Shown: positions 25,909 through 35,969, numbered from the stretch's first letter. The stretch: 36,582 bases of DNA from Myxococcales bacterium (GCA_037441385.1 JBBISH010000061.1:1-36582), one strand, 5' to 3'. Notes: a model not told the origin generated them from the letters alone. Numbers and translations: made by a program.

Positions 25909-26846
25909 CAGAACCCTTTGGCGACGGGGTCTTCGGACAGGCTAGTCAGCGCGTGGCCCGGCTCGCCGTTCAGGGCGCGCCGCACGTAGGTAGGCAGCGC
26001 AAACACGCCGCGGAAGAATTCGCCATTGCCGTAGCGCAATTGCCCTTCCAGGCGCTGCATACGGGCGCTGTGCGGGTTTTGCGCGGCGCCGACATCGATG
26101 GCCTGGCTGGCGGCGGTATAGGCCCACAGCCCGCCCGGATAGGCGGTGACCTGACCCAAGTACAGACGGGTATTGGCAAAAATCTCGCTCAGCATCTTGT
26201 ACACGCCGGCAACGCGGTCCAAGTAGAAGGTCGGCGAGTCGGACTGCGGCACCAAGATGCCGTTCTGGCCCAACAACTTCGCACAGTGGCGATAGAATTT
26301 CTCGGTGAACAGCTCGACCGCCGCGTCGACCGGGTCCGTCGAGTCGATGAGGATCACGTCGAACTGGTCGCCGGCCGCCGCGTGCTCTTCGACGTAGGCC
26401 AGGCCGTCGCCGACGATCACCTGCGCGCGCGGATCGTCGAGCGCCGAAGCCACTTGCGGAAAGTACTGGCGGCCGACCCGAATGACCTCGCCGTCGATGT
26501 CGACCATCACGCAGCGCTCGACCTCGGGGTGGCGCAGCACTTCGCGCAGGGTGCCGCCGTCGCCGCCGCCAATGATCAGGACCTTCTTGGGGTTCGGGTG
26601 CGCGAGCAGCGCCGGGTGCGCCAGCATCTCGTGATAGCCGGACTCGTCGCGGTCGGTCACGTTGGTCACGCCGCCCAGCGCCAGCACCGTGCCCCAGTCC
26701 TCGGCCTCGAACACGTCGATCGTCTGAAAGGGCGTCTCGAAGATCTCGTGCACCTTGGTGACCGTAAAGGTCAGGTGGGTCGACCGCGTCCACGGGTCCA
26801 AGTAGTGCAGCTGACCATTGATTTCGACAAAGCTTTCCTTGGGCAT
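25908..26846 (-). CDS. speE: Polyamine aminopropyltransferase (spermidine synthase family)
   Basis: YHEML.HP, VLIIGGGDGGTLREVL, VDID, GDG, DVILIDSTDP. AAGGA RBS before MPKE. Confidence 0.93.
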   Translation of the reverse strand: MPKESFVEINGQLHYLDPWTRSTHLTFTVTKVHEIFETPFQTIDVFEAEDWGTVLALGGVTNVTDRDESGYHEMLAHPALLAHPNPKKVLIIGGGDGGTLREVLRHPEVERCVMVDIDGEVIRVGRQYFPQVASALDDPRAQVIVGDGLAYVEEHAAAGDQFDVILIDSTDPVDAAVELFTEKFYRHCAKLLGQNGILVPQSDSPTFYLDRVAGVYKMLSEIFANTRLYLGQVTAYPGGLWAYTAASQAIDVGAAQNPHSARMQRLEGQLRYGNGEFFRGVFALPTYVRRALNGEPGHALTSLSEDPVAKGF

Positions 26847-27018
26847 GATGATCCTTGCTTGGGTACTTGGCGGCGGGGTTCGCGCGGGCAGCTGCCGGCG
26901 AAGGGAGCGGTAGTGTAGATCACCACAGCGCAAAGGGAACCGGTGCGCCCCTTTCAGCGCCAACGCAGGGATGCTACCTTGCCGCCCGCGACGAATCGCC
27001 CGCCGCAGGATCGCCACC

Positions 27019-28038
27019 ATGCCGAGCATGAACATCATCCAAGCCGTCAATGACGCTCTGTTTTGTGCGATGCGCCGCGACGAGGGCGTGGTCGTGCTGG
27101 GCGAGGATGTCGGCAAGTTCGGCGGCGTCTTCCGCGCCACGGTGGGCCTGCAGGAAGAGTTTGGCGACGATCGCGTGATCGACACGCCACTGGCCGAAGC
27201 GGGCATCATCGGCACCGCGATCGGCATGGCGATGTACGGCCTGAAGCCAGTGGCCGAGATCCAGTTTTCGGATTTCATCTTCCCGGCTTACGATCAGATC
27301 GTCAACGAGCTGGCCAAGGCGCGCTACCGCTCGGCCGGCGAGTTTCCGGCGTCGCTGGTGATTCGCACCCCGTTTGGCGGCGGCATCCGCGGTGGGCATT
27401 ACCACTCGCAATCGCCCGAGGCCGTGTTCTGCCACCAGGCCGGCCTGGTGGTGGTCGCGCCGTCAAACCCCTACGATGCCAAGGGCTTGCTGCTTGCCGC
27501 CATCGATCGCGACGACCCGGTGATGGTCTTTGAGCCCAAGCGCATCTACCGCGGCCCCGACCACGGCACCAACTGGAGCCAGCACAAGGGCGGCGAAGTG
27601 CCCGAGGGGTGGTACACCGTGCCGATCGGCAAGGCCGCGACCGTGCGCGAGCTGACCGGCCGCGGCACGCCCGTGAGCTTGATCAGCTACGGCGCGATGG
27701 TCCACACCTGCGCCAAGGCAGCCGAGATCGTGGCCAGCGAAGGCATCGACGTAGAGCTCGTCGACCTGCGAAGCCTGGTGCCGCTGGATCTGGACGCGGT
27801 GACGGCTACTGGCCGCAAGACCGGCCGCGTGGTGGTCGCCAACGAAGCGCCACGAACTTGCGGGTTTGCCGGCGAGATCGTGGCGCTGGTCACCGAACAT
27901 TGCTTCGATTGGCTGCAGGCGCCGGTGCTGCGGGTCACGGGCTACGACACCCCGTTCCCGTACACGCTGGAGGCCGCCTACCTGCCCGACCCGGCGCGCG
28001 TGGCCGACGCGCTGCGCAAGACCGCGCGTTTCAACTGA
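27019..28038 (+). CDS. 2-oxoacid dehydrogenase E1 beta subunit (branched-chain type likely)
   Basis: GEDVGKFGGVFRAT, DTPLAEAGI, EIQFSDF, GGHYHSQSPE, FEPKRIY. The insertion GPDHGTNWSQHKGGEVPEGWY resembles BkdA2-type sequences. Confidence 0.95.
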   Translation: MPSMNIIQAVNDALFCAMRRDEGVVVLGEDVGKFGGVFRATVGLQEEFGDDRVIDTPLAEAGIIGTAIGMAMYGLKPVAEIQFSDFIFPAYDQIVNELAKARYRSAGEFPASLVIRTPFGGGIRGGHYHSQSPEAVFCHQAGLVVVAPSNPYDAKGLLLAAIDRDDPVMVFEPKRIYRGPDHGTNWSQHKGGEVPEGWYTVPIGKAATVRELTGRGTPVSLISYGAMVHTCAKAAEIVASEGIDVELVDLRSLVPLDLDAVTATGRKTGRVVVANEAPRTCGFAGEIVALVTEHCFDWLQAPVLRVTGYDTPFPYTLEAAYLPDPARVADALRKTARFN

Positions 28039-28065
28039 AATTTCGCTCATTCCCAAGGGGTTTCC

Positions 28066-29370
28066 ATGGCGTTCGAGTTCAAGCTGCCCGACATCGGCGA
28101 AGGTGTGGTCGAGGGCGAACTGACCAAGTGGCTGGTCCAAGATGGTCAGGAAGTACAAGAGGATACTCCGCTGTTCGAGGTCCTGACCGACAAGGTCTCG
28201 GCGGTGATCCCGTCGCCGCGGCCCGGCAAGATCGCCAAGCGGCATTTTGCCGAGGGCGACATGGTGCCCGTGGGCTCGGTGGTGGTGACGATCCTGGAGG
28301 CCGGCGGCGCGGTTGCTTCACCTGGGACGGCCGCGTCTGGGACGGCAGCTTCTGGGCCGGCGGCACCGGTTCAGGCTCAGGTTCAGGCTCAGGCTCAGGC
28401 TCCGGCTCCGGCTCCGGCTCAGGCGCCCATCGCGCCGGCCAACCGCGATCCGGGCGAACGTGTCCGCGCGGCGCCGGCGACCCGCAAGCTGGCCCGCGAG
28501 CTGGGGATTGACCTGTTCGAGGTGCCGGGCACGGGCGACGAGGGCCGGGTGACCCAAGCCGACGTGCAGGCCTGGGCGGCCCGCGTCGCTGGTGCGCCGA
28601 GCAAGCCGGTCGCCGCGCCCGCCGCGCTGGCGCCCGTGGTGCGCCCTGCCCCGCAGCCACTGCCGGCAGGACAGGACGAAACCCGCGAGAAGTTGAAGGG
28701 CTTGCGCAAGCGGATCCACCAACGCATGCGCATGGCCAAGGACAACGCCGCCCACTTCACCTACGTGGACGAGGTCGACTTCACGGCGGTGAACGACCTG
28801 CGGGCCGCTCTGGAGCCGTTTGGCCTCAAGGCAACGTTCTTGCCGTTTGTGATCAAGGCGGTGTGCCTGGCACTCAAGAAGCCGCAGTTCGCCTATCTGA
28901 ACGCGGCGCTCGACGACGCGGCCGGCGAGATCGTGGTCAAGCACCGCTACCACATCGGCGTGGCGGCGGCGACGGAGGCGGGCCTGGTCGTGCCGGTGGT
29001 GAAGGACGCCGATCGGCTGTCGCTCAAAGACTTGATCAGCGAGGTCAAGCGCTTGGGCGAGGGTGCGCGCACCGCCAGCCTGCCGGCCGAGGACATGGCC
29101 GGCTCGACCTTTACCATCACGAGCTTGGGCAAGATCGGCGGCATGTTCGCGACGCCGATCGTCAACTACCCCGAAGTGGCGATCCTGGGCCTGCACAAGG
29201 TCGAGAAGCGGCCAGTGGTGGTCAACGACCAGATCGTCATCCGCGAGCGCATGTACATGTCGTGCTCGTTCGATCACCGGCTGATCGACGGCCACGTGGG
29301 CGCGGCGTTCGTCCAGGCGGTCAAGGACTACCTGGAGAATCCCGCGCTGCTGATCGCCGAGCTGGTTTGA
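28066..29370 (+). CDS. Dihydrolipoamide acyltransferase E2
   Basis: Lipoyl domain LPDIGEGVVEGE...TDK, subunit-binding AAPATRKLARELG..GRVT, catalytic DHRLIDG. Confidence 0.96.
   Translation: MAFEFKLPDIGEGVVEGELTKWLVQDGQEVQEDTPLFEVLTDKVSAVIPSPRPGKIAKRHFAEGDMVPVGSVVVTILEAGGAVASPGTAASGTAASGPAAPVQAQVQAQAQAPAPAPAQAPIAPANRDPGERVRAAPATRKLARELGIDLFEVPGTGDEGRVTQADVQAWAARVAGAPSKPVAAPAALAPVVRPAPQPLPAGQDETREKLKGLRKRIHQRMRMAKDNAAHFTYVDEVDFTAVNDLRAALEPFGLKATFLPFVIKAVCLALKKPQFAYLNAALDDAAGEIVVKHRYHIGVAAATEAGLVVPVVKDADRLSLKDLISEVKRLGEGARTASLPAEDMAGSTFTITSLGKIGGMFATPIVNYPEVAILGLHKVEKRPVVVNDQIVIRERMYMSCSFDHRLIDGHVGAAFVQAVKDYLENPALLIAELV
28368..28421 (+). repeat. Hexanucleotide tandem repeat GG(C/T)TC(A/C) x9 in the E2 linker
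   Basis: ggttca ggctca ggttca ggctca ggctca ggctcc ggctcc ggctcc ggctca, encoding VQAQVQAQAQAPAPAPAQ. Confidence 0.9.
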
Positions 29371-30999
29371 TCACGCTCCAGGCTTCTTCTTGAACAACCG
29401 GTAGGGTCCCTGCTCGGTGACCAGCTCGACCTTATCGCGGTCGCGGCCAAAGGGGTCGCCGGTGCCGCGAATCAAGAAGTAGTCGAAATACTTGCCGTAC
29501 TCCGCCCAGGTAAAGCGCTCAGGGGTCCACTCGAAGCGCGCCGGAAACGTCGGCGGACCGCCCACATCGGGATACAGCACGGGCGACTGCGGGAAATTGG
29601 CAAAGCTGAAGCTCGCCATGCCGCCGCGGTCGACCACGTAGTACTGGCCCAGGTGAAGCAGCGGCGCCTGATTGATCACATCGCTTCCAGCGCCATACAC
29701 CAGCGAAATCAGACACTTTCCATAGTCTGCCTGGGCCACGACCTGCCGGATCGGCCCCGCTTCGTCGCTGAACTCTTTCGCCTTCTGCACGTGCAGCCGC
29801 AGGCTCGCACCGCACAAGGCCAGGGCCGGCAAGGCAAACAGCAGGTAGCGCCCCCAGCGGCCAAAGGCCCAGCGCTGCGCCGGCACGGCCACGAGCGCCA
29901 GCATGGCGACCACGGGGACAAAGCGGTACGAAATCGGCCAGATCCACTTGTACGACACCGGGCTGAGCAGGTAGACCGCCAGCGTCGCCACCAGCATCGC
30001 CGCCGGGATCTTGGCGCGCTGCCAAGGGGTTTCGTCCTCTTCGCTCCGTCGGGCCAGCAGCGCCGCCACCGCCAGCACGGCGATCCAGGCGGCCGCCAGG
30101 ATCTCGTCGCTGTCCCCGCGGTAGGCATCGAGCCACCAAGTCCACAGGTTCTGTAGCCGCTCGCCCCACGGCTCAAAATTCACTTGTGCTGACGTGACGT
30201 TGCGCCCGCCGTGCCCCTGCTTCCACTCCTGCTCGCCGGCCAAGATGAGCGACCGCGAGGTCCACACACCCATGGCCAGCAGCGCGGGCAGCAGATGCGC
30301 CGCGGATCGCCACCAGTGGCGGGGATGCCAGCCGCGCGCGCCGAGCAAGACGGTCAGACCGGCCAGAAGTCCATACAGCAAGAAGGGTTGCGCGTGACTG
30401 TAGAACAGCACCAACGCGATCGCGGCCATACCGATCACGCGCGGCCAAGTGGCCTCGTCCAGGCTGCGGCGCAACAGGGCCAGGCCCCAGAACATCAACG
30501 GCAGCGCGGTGATGTAGTTAGCGAACCCCATGAAGAAGAACACGTTGTAGACCAGCGGAACCGCCAGCAGGGCCAGCAACGGATCGCGCCGATGGGCGCG
30601 GAGCAGCGCCACGAGCGACAGCGGCAGACCTACGGCATAAAAGGACAGTACCAGGCGGTTGGCGACCTCGAGCGGCATCACGTAGGTCAAGAAGTCCACA
30701 GCGAAATACCAGGACAGGTACTGGGTGCGCGAATAATCGATCACGTGGTACTTGTTCACGGCGAACTGCGGGTCGGCGTAGCTGTGCAAGATCCGCACCG
30801 TCGCCAGATGCTGCGGCAGGTCCATCATCGGCAGCAGCGCGGATACCCACAGCGGCGCCACGCAAGCCGCGATCGCCAGAGCCAGCAGCGCAGCCGCCGC
30901 GCGATCGCCGGCAAGCCAGGCCTGCCACCTAGGCCGCAGGTGGGCCGGCAGATCGCTGGGTTGCTGCGGTACTTGCCCTGCCAAATCTGCCGTTGCCAT
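29371..30999 (-). CDS. Polytopic membrane protein, GT-C-like glycosyltransferase candidate
   Basis: About 10-11 hydrophobic helices, an acidic motif PMMDLPQH in the first loop and a soluble C-terminal domain. GGGAG RBS before MATAD. Confidence 0.7.
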   Translation of the reverse strand: MATADLAGQVPQQPSDLPAHLRPRWQAWLAGDRAAAALLALAIAACVAPLWVSALLPMMDLPQHLATVRILHSYADPQFAVNKYHVIDYSRTQYLSWYFAVDFLTYVMPLEVANRLVLSFYAVGLPLSLVALLRAHRRDPLLALLAVPLVYNVFFFMGFANYITALPLMFWGLALLRRSLDEATWPRVIGMAAIALVLFYSHAQPFLLYGLLAGLTVLLGARGWHPRHWWRSAAHLLPALLAMGVWTSRSLILAGEQEWKQGHGGRNVTSAQVNFEPWGERLQNLWTWWLDAYRGDSDEILAAAWIAVLAVAALLARRSEEDETPWQRAKIPAAMLVATLAVYLLSPVSYKWIWPISYRFVPVVAMLALVAVPAQRWAFGRWGRYLLFALPALALCGASLRLHVQKAKEFSDEAGPIRQVVAQADYGKCLISLVYGAGSDVINQAPLLHLGQYYVVDRGGMASFSFANFPQSPVLYPDVGGPPTFPARFEWTPERFTWAEYGKYFDYFLIRGTGDPFGRDRDKVELVTEQGPYRLFKKKPGA

Positions 31000-31142
31000 G
31001 CTGCTCCCAACCTGCTTGCCGTGCCGCGCGTTGTAACGCACGCCCGCCGCCAGCCGCAACCACTGCGCGGCCTGGGCTTGCATCCGCGCCCAAAGCCGCC
31101 GATCGTACGGCGCCCGCCGCCCCTGTGCGGCCAGGAGTTGGC

Positions 31143-31892
31143 ATGGATCTGCGCGAAACAGGCGATCAACCTCGACACCCCTGGGAGCTGGCGCGGCGCG
31201 ACTTCTTTATGGCGGCGATGCGTCGGCATGGCCTGTTGGGGCGGCCGGTGTCACTGCTCGACGTTGGCTCGGGCGATGCTTGGTTCGCGGGCAATGTCGC
31301 CGCCCAGCTCAAACCCGGCTCGCACATCAGCTGCTTGGATGCGGGCTACGACGACGCGACTCTGCAGCAGCTGCAGGCCAAAGTGCCCGCGCTGGTCAGC
31401 TTGCACCGCGACCCGCCGCCCGGCCAGTACGACGCGGTCGTGCTGCTCGATGTGTTGGAGCACGTAGCGGACGATCGCGTGTTCTTGCAGGGCATCGTCG
31501 ATCAGTCGCTGCGGCCCGGTGGGCTGGCGGTGATCTCGGTCCCAGCATGGCAGGCGCTGTTCACCCAGCACGACAGCTTCTTGCACCACCATCGGCGCTA
31601 CAGTCCGGCGGCGGCTCGGCAGGTGGTGGGCGAGGCGGGGCTAAACATCCTAGAGTCGGGCGGCCTGTTCCACAGCCTGCTGCTGCCGCGCGCCCTGGCC
31701 AAGGTTCGCGAGGCCGCGCTGGGCGCCGCCCACGACGCGCCCCCCTCGATCGCGTGGAACCACGGGCCGCTGCTGACCAAAGCGGTATTGGGCGCGCTCA
31801 GTCTCGACGGTACGGCGTCGCGGCTCCTGGCCAAAGCCCACCTGGGCGCGCCGGGGCTGTCGTGGTGGGCGGTCTGCCAAAAACCGATTTGA
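31143..31892 (+). CDS. Class I SAM-dependent methyltransferase
   Basis: RHPWELAR, LLDVGSGD, LLDVLEHV, ISVPAWQALFTQHD..HHRRY. AGGAG RBS. Confidence 0.92.
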   Translation: MDLRETGDQPRHPWELARRDFFMAAMRRHGLLGRPVSLLDVGSGDAWFAGNVAAQLKPGSHISCLDAGYDDATLQQLQAKVPALVSLHRDPPPGQYDAVVLLDVLEHVADDRVFLQGIVDQSLRPGGLAVISVPAWQALFTQHDSFLHHHRRYSPAAARQVVGEAGLNILESGGLFHSLLLPRALAKVREAALGAAHDAPPSIAWNHGPLLTKAVLGALSLDGTASRLLAKAHLGAPGLSWWAVCQKPI

Positions 31893-33014
31893 TCATCCGG
31901 ACTTTAGGCCTTGGCCCCCGATTGGGCGATAGGCCTGGGTACCGTACCGCTCGGTGTTGCCGCGGTACAACCCCGGGCAGATGCCGCGATGCCCACAGGA
32001 CGCGCACGTAGGCAGATGGAACCAGTGCTCGGCGTGCGAGAACGGCAGCCGGCGGCCGGTGCTAACTTCGGTAGAATAATCGTCCAGATAGTAGTCGACG
32101 TTGCGCGCTACCAACTGCGGGGCCAGGCACGCGGCCAGGTTGCGGTGCCCCACGGTCACGCCCAGCGCGTCGCCCAGCGCCACCAGCTCCGCCACTTGCT
32201 CGGCCGCCCGCTCGGGGTCGACCAGCAGCAAGTCGGCGTGGCGGGCCGCGTCGCCAAGTGGCTTGATCAAGGCCAAAATCACCGGCGGGGGCGGCGCTCC
32301 GGCGGCCTCGGCTAGCTCGACAACCCTACGCAACAAGTCGGGCAAGGTCGGCCAATTCAGCGCCGTCACCGCGGTATACAGGTAGGTGCGCAGACCGCCG
32401 TGGCGCAGAATCGCTTGCAGCGCCTGCACTTGCCTTGTCAGCTTGCCCGTCGAGCGCGACAGCTGATCGTAGGTAGCGCTGTCAAAGGTATCGATCGACA
32501 GGTGGATGGTCGCAACCCCTTGGGCGTAGAGGTCGTCCAAGAGACCGGGCTCGGCTAGCCGCAAACCATTGGTCATCAGGATGTGGTCGCGCAGCCGGTG
32601 CTGGGCGAGCAAGTCCAGTACCTCGCCCAGCTGGGGGTAGATCGTGGGCTCGCCACCGATCAGGATGGCTTTGTCACAACGCCCGCCGGTGGCCCCCGCC
32701 TGGATGATCGATTCGACTTCCCCCATCGGCAAGAAGCCTTGCGCATCCTCGTGGGGCGGCACCGCGCAGTACAGGCAGGCGGAATTGCACGGCCGGCCCA
32801 GGTCCACGTAAAAGGCCGGGGTCAGCCATGCGGCCAGCTCTAGCAACTGCGGGTGGGGCGCGGCCAAAGCCACGTCGGCCCGGCGGCCATGCACGTCGAC
32901 CACGGCCCGCGGCACAAAGCGGCGCTGCGAAAAAGGTACAGCCTGACGCGGTCTTACCGGGTGTGGGCCCGACGAAGCTGGCGTTTGTCCCTCTGCGCGA
33001 TCAGACTGCGGCAT
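31893..33014 (-). CDS. Radical SAM protein with C-terminal Cys cluster (HxsC-like)
   Basis: CNSACLYC (CX3CX2C), GGEPT, MTNG, C-terminal CASCGHRGICPG. Start MPQS is approximate. Confidence 0.9.
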   Translation of the reverse strand: MPQSDRAEGQTPASSGPHPVRPRQAVPFSQRRFVPRAVVDVHGRRADVALAAPHPQLLELAAWLTPAFYVDLGRPCNSACLYCAVPPHEDAQGFLPMGEVESIIQAGATGGRCDKAILIGGEPTIYPQLGEVLDLLAQHRLRDHILMTNGLRLAEPGLLDDLYAQGVATIHLSIDTFDSATYDQLSRSTGKLTRQVQALQAILRHGGLRTYLYTAVTALNWPTLPDLLRRVVELAEAAGAPPPPVILALIKPLGDAARHADLLLVDPERAAEQVAELVALGDALGVTVGHRNLAACLAPQLVARNVDYYLDDYSTEVSTGRRLPFSHAEHWFHLPTCASCGHRGICPGLYRGNTERYGTQAYRPIGGQGLKSG

Positions 33015-33085
33015 GCGATCTCCGGGCTTGTAGCCTAGCGGGTCGGACAAGCGGCGGCCAGCCGCCCAAAGGAACCGCAGCGGCA

Positions 33086-33952
33086 GTGACACACAACAGC
33101 GCGCGATCATGGGTGATTATTGGCGCAACCGGGCGTCTGGGTCGGTCGCTGACCGCAGAGGTGGCCCGGCGGGTATCGCCCGAACAGGTGCTGGCGGTGG
33201 CGCGACACGCGCCGCAAGCGGGCATGCTTCCCTGTCCATTCGCTCAAGCGGATGCAGCCGATGCCCACGCGCTGCAGCCGTTGGTGGCGGGTGCTCAAGT
33301 CGTGCTGCACTGCTGTGGGCTGGACCCAGCCCGGGCAGAGGCCCTGACCGCCGCCGCCGCCGCTGCGCACCGATGGCCAACGCTGGTCGTGGCGTCGTCC
33401 ATCGCGGCCCGCCGGCCGGCCGACTGGTCGTTGGCCGAAGACGCAGCAACCCCGCTTCCCGACGACGCATTTGGCCTTGACCTTGGCCGCGCCAACCAGC
33501 TCGTGGCGGCGCAGTGGCAGGGGCCGCTGCACATCGCGCTGCTGCCGCAACTCGTCACGCCCGGCGATCCGCGCGATCGTTTGGCAGAGTGGCTGGCGCG
33601 CGCCCGCCAGGGTCAGGCCCGCCTGGCTGGCACAGGCCGCCAGCACCCGGCCCTGCTGCTGGCGACCGACGCGGCGCAGCTGCTCGCCGATCTCGCCGGA
33701 CGCCAGGAATCGACTGGAACTACGCAACTGGCGAATCCGCGCCAGGAATCGGCGCTGGATCTGGCCGAAGCGCTGCTGGAAGGGGCGGGCCTCGCCGGGC
33801 TGGCCATGGCCACTGGCAGCCAGGACCGCGCCCTTGCCGGCGGCGACGAGCTGCTGAATCTGGCCAAAATGAAGGCGCTGTGGCCCAACCGCCGGTGGCC
33901 GTCGCTGCGCGATCAACTGCGGGCGGCGGCGGCGGCTTGGCCGGATTGCTGA
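33086..33952 (+). CDS. NAD-dependent epimerase/dehydratase-like (atypical SDR)
   Basis: IIGATGRLG Rossmann motif and VASS. GTG start chosen after AAAGGA. Confidence 0.7.
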   Translation: MTHNSARSWVIIGATGRLGRSLTAEVARRVSPEQVLAVARHAPQAGMLPCPFAQADAADAHALQPLVAGAQVVLHCCGLDPARAEALTAAAAAAHRWPTLVVASSIAARRPADWSLAEDAATPLPDDAFGLDLGRANQLVAAQWQGPLHIALLPQLVTPGDPRDRLAEWLARARQGQARLAGTGRQHPALLLATDAAQLLADLAGRQESTGTTQLANPRQESALDLAEALLEGAGLAGLAMATGSQDRALAGGDELLNLAKMKALWPNRRWPSLRDQLRAAAAAWPDC

Positions 33953-33963
33953 ACGACGCAGCC

Positions 33964-33996
33964 AATATTATGCAAATATTATGCAAATATTACGCA
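33964..33996. repeat. 11-bp AT-rich tandem repeat x3 (AATATTA(T/C)GCA) overlapping the uvrB stop
   Basis: Copies at 33964-33974, 33975-33985 and 33986-33996. The uvrB TAA lies in the third copy. Confidence 0.92.
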
Positions 33997-35969
33997 ATTG
34001 CCAGCAGCACTTGCTCGATCGCCCGCGCCTGATCGCGCAGCTTGGCGGCCTGCTCGAAGTCCAGCGCCTGCGCGGCCACCTTCATCGCGCGCTTGGTGTC
34101 CAGCAGTTCCCTTTCGAGCTGCTTGACGTCGCGGTGGCCGGCCCGTTCGGCAACCGCCGTGGCCACTTCCGCTGCAGTGGGCGAGACGCCGGCCAGCGCT
34201 TTTTGCACGCTCCGCGGCGTGATGCCGTGCTCCACATTGAACGCGATCTGCTTGGCCCGCCGTCGCTCGGTCTCGTCCAAGGCCAGCTTGATCGAATCGG
34301 TCATCACGTCGGCATACAGGATCACGCGGCCATGCACGTTGCGCGCGGCGCGGCCAATCGTCTGGATCAGCGAGCGCCGTGATCGCAAAAAGCCCTCTTT
34401 GTCGGCGTCCAGGACGGCGACCAGAGAAACCTCTGGAATATCCAAGCCTTCGCGCAACAGGTTGATCCCCACCAGTACGTCGTATTCGCCCGCACGCAGG
34501 GCTCGAATGAGCTCGATGCGCTCGAGCGTCTCCACGTCCGAATGCAGGTAGCGGACCGCAATCCCCAATTCGTCCAGGTACTCGGTCAGGTGCTCGGCCA
34601 TGCGCTTGGTCAAGGTGGTGACCAGCACGCGTTCGCGGACGTCGACCCGCTGTTTAATTTCGCCCACCAAGTCATCCACTTGCGTCCCAACCGGCCGAAC
34701 CTCCACCTCGGGATCGACCAGTCCAGTGGGCCGCACCACCTGCTCGACAAATGCGCCCTGGGTCTGCTCCAACTCCCAATCACCCGGCGTAGCCGACACG
34801 TACAGCATCTGCCCGGTGCGGCTCATGAATTCGTCAAACCGCAGCGGCCGGTTGTCCAGCGCCGACGGCAGCCGAAAGCCGTGCTCGACCAAGTTCTCTT
34901 TGCGCGAGCGATCGCCGCGGAACATGGCGCCGATCTGCCCGACCATCAAGTGCGACTCATCCAAGATCGTAATGAAATCTTTAGGGAAGTAGTCAACCAG
35001 CGTGGGCGGCGGTTCGCCCGCCGGCCGGCCCGCGAGGTGGCGCGCGTAGTTCTCGATGCCGTTGCAGGTGCCGCGTGTCTGCAGATTTTCCAGGTCGTAC
35101 ATCGTCCGTTGTTCCAGCCGCTGGGCTTCCAACAACTTGCCCTCCGCCTTCATCGCGACCAGACACTCGCTCAGCTCGACGGCGATGCGCTCGCGCGCCT
35201 GGATCAAGTACTCCTCGGGCGTGGCGTAGTGCGAATTCGGATAGATGGCCACCGACTCGGCCTTGGCGATCGGCGTGCCCCGTAGCGGGTCAACCCATTG
35301 AAGCTCTTCAATTTCGTCGCCCCACAGGCTGATGCGAAGCAGGCGGTCGTCGTAGTAGGCCGGCTGCAGCTCCACCACGTCGCCGCGAACGCGGAAGTTG
35401 CCGCGCGCCATCTCCAGATCGTTGCGCGTGTACTGGATATCCACCAACTTGCGCAGCAATTCGTCGCGGCGCATCCGCTGCCCCACTTCGATGTGGATGC
35501 GCATCGCCAGATAGGTCTCGGCCGCGCCGATGCCGTAGATGCAAGACACCGAACTGACGATGATCACGTCCTTTCGTTCAAGCAGCGCGTAGGTGGCCGC
35601 GTGACGCATTCGGTCGATCTCGTCGTTGATCAGCGAGTCTTTCTCGATGTACGTATCGGTCGCGGCGATGTAGGCCTCGGGCTGGTAGTAGTCGTAATAA
35701 CTGACAAAATACTCGACCGCGTTCTCTGGAAACAGCGCCTTGAGTTCCGCGTGCAGTTGGGCCGCCAAGATTTTGTTGGGAGCCATCACCAGCGCTGGCC
35801 GCTGCAGCGTGGCAATCACGTTCGCAACCGTGAACGTTTTGCCCGAACCGGTCACGCCCAGGAGCACCTGGGCCGGCTCGCCTTGGCGCAATCCCTGAAC
35901 AAGTTGCGTAATTGCTTGGGGTTGATCGCCCGCTGGGGCGAACGGCGACACCATACGAAAGGGGGGCAA
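33990..35969 (-). CDS. uvrB: Excinuclease ABC subunit B
   Basis: [81 protein letters not shown] start at 35969 chosen from the GAGG RBS. Confidence 0.98.
   Translation of the reverse strand: MPPFRMVSPFAPAGDQPQAITQLVQGLRQGEPAQVLLGVTGSGKTFTVANVIATLQRPALVMAPNKILAAQLHAELKALFPENAVEYFVSYYDYYQPEAYIAATDTYIEKDSLINDEIDRMRHAATYALLERKDVIIVSSVSCIYGIGAAETYLAMRIHIEVGQRMRRDELLRKLVDIQYTRNDLEMARGNFRVRGDVVELQPAYYDDRLLRISLWGDEIEELQWVDPLRGTPIAKAESVAIYPNSHYATPEEYLIQARERIAVELSECLVAMKAEGKLLEAQRLEQRTMYDLENLQTRGTCNGIENYARHLAGRPAGEPPPTLVDYFPKDFITILDESHLMVGQIGAMFRGDRSRKENLVEHGFRLPSALDNRPLRFDEFMSRTGQMLYVSATPGDWELEQTQGAFVEQVVRPTGLVDPEVEVRPVGTQVDDLVGEIKQRVDVRERVLVTTLTKRMAEHLTEYLDELGIAVRYLHSDVETLERIELIRALRAGEYDVLVGINLLREGLDIPEVSLVAVLDADKEGFLRSRRSLIQTIGRAARNVHGRVILYADVMTDSIKLALDETERRRAKQIAFNVEHGITPRSVQKALAGVSPTAAEVATAVAERAGHRDVKQLERELLDTKRAMKVAAQALDFEQAAKLRDQARAIEQVLLAIA

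Noticed and set aside
32940..33110. RiPP precursor peptide near the radical SAM gene
   Set aside because: Small ORFs here overlap real genes and show no RBS or repeat/core-peptide pattern.
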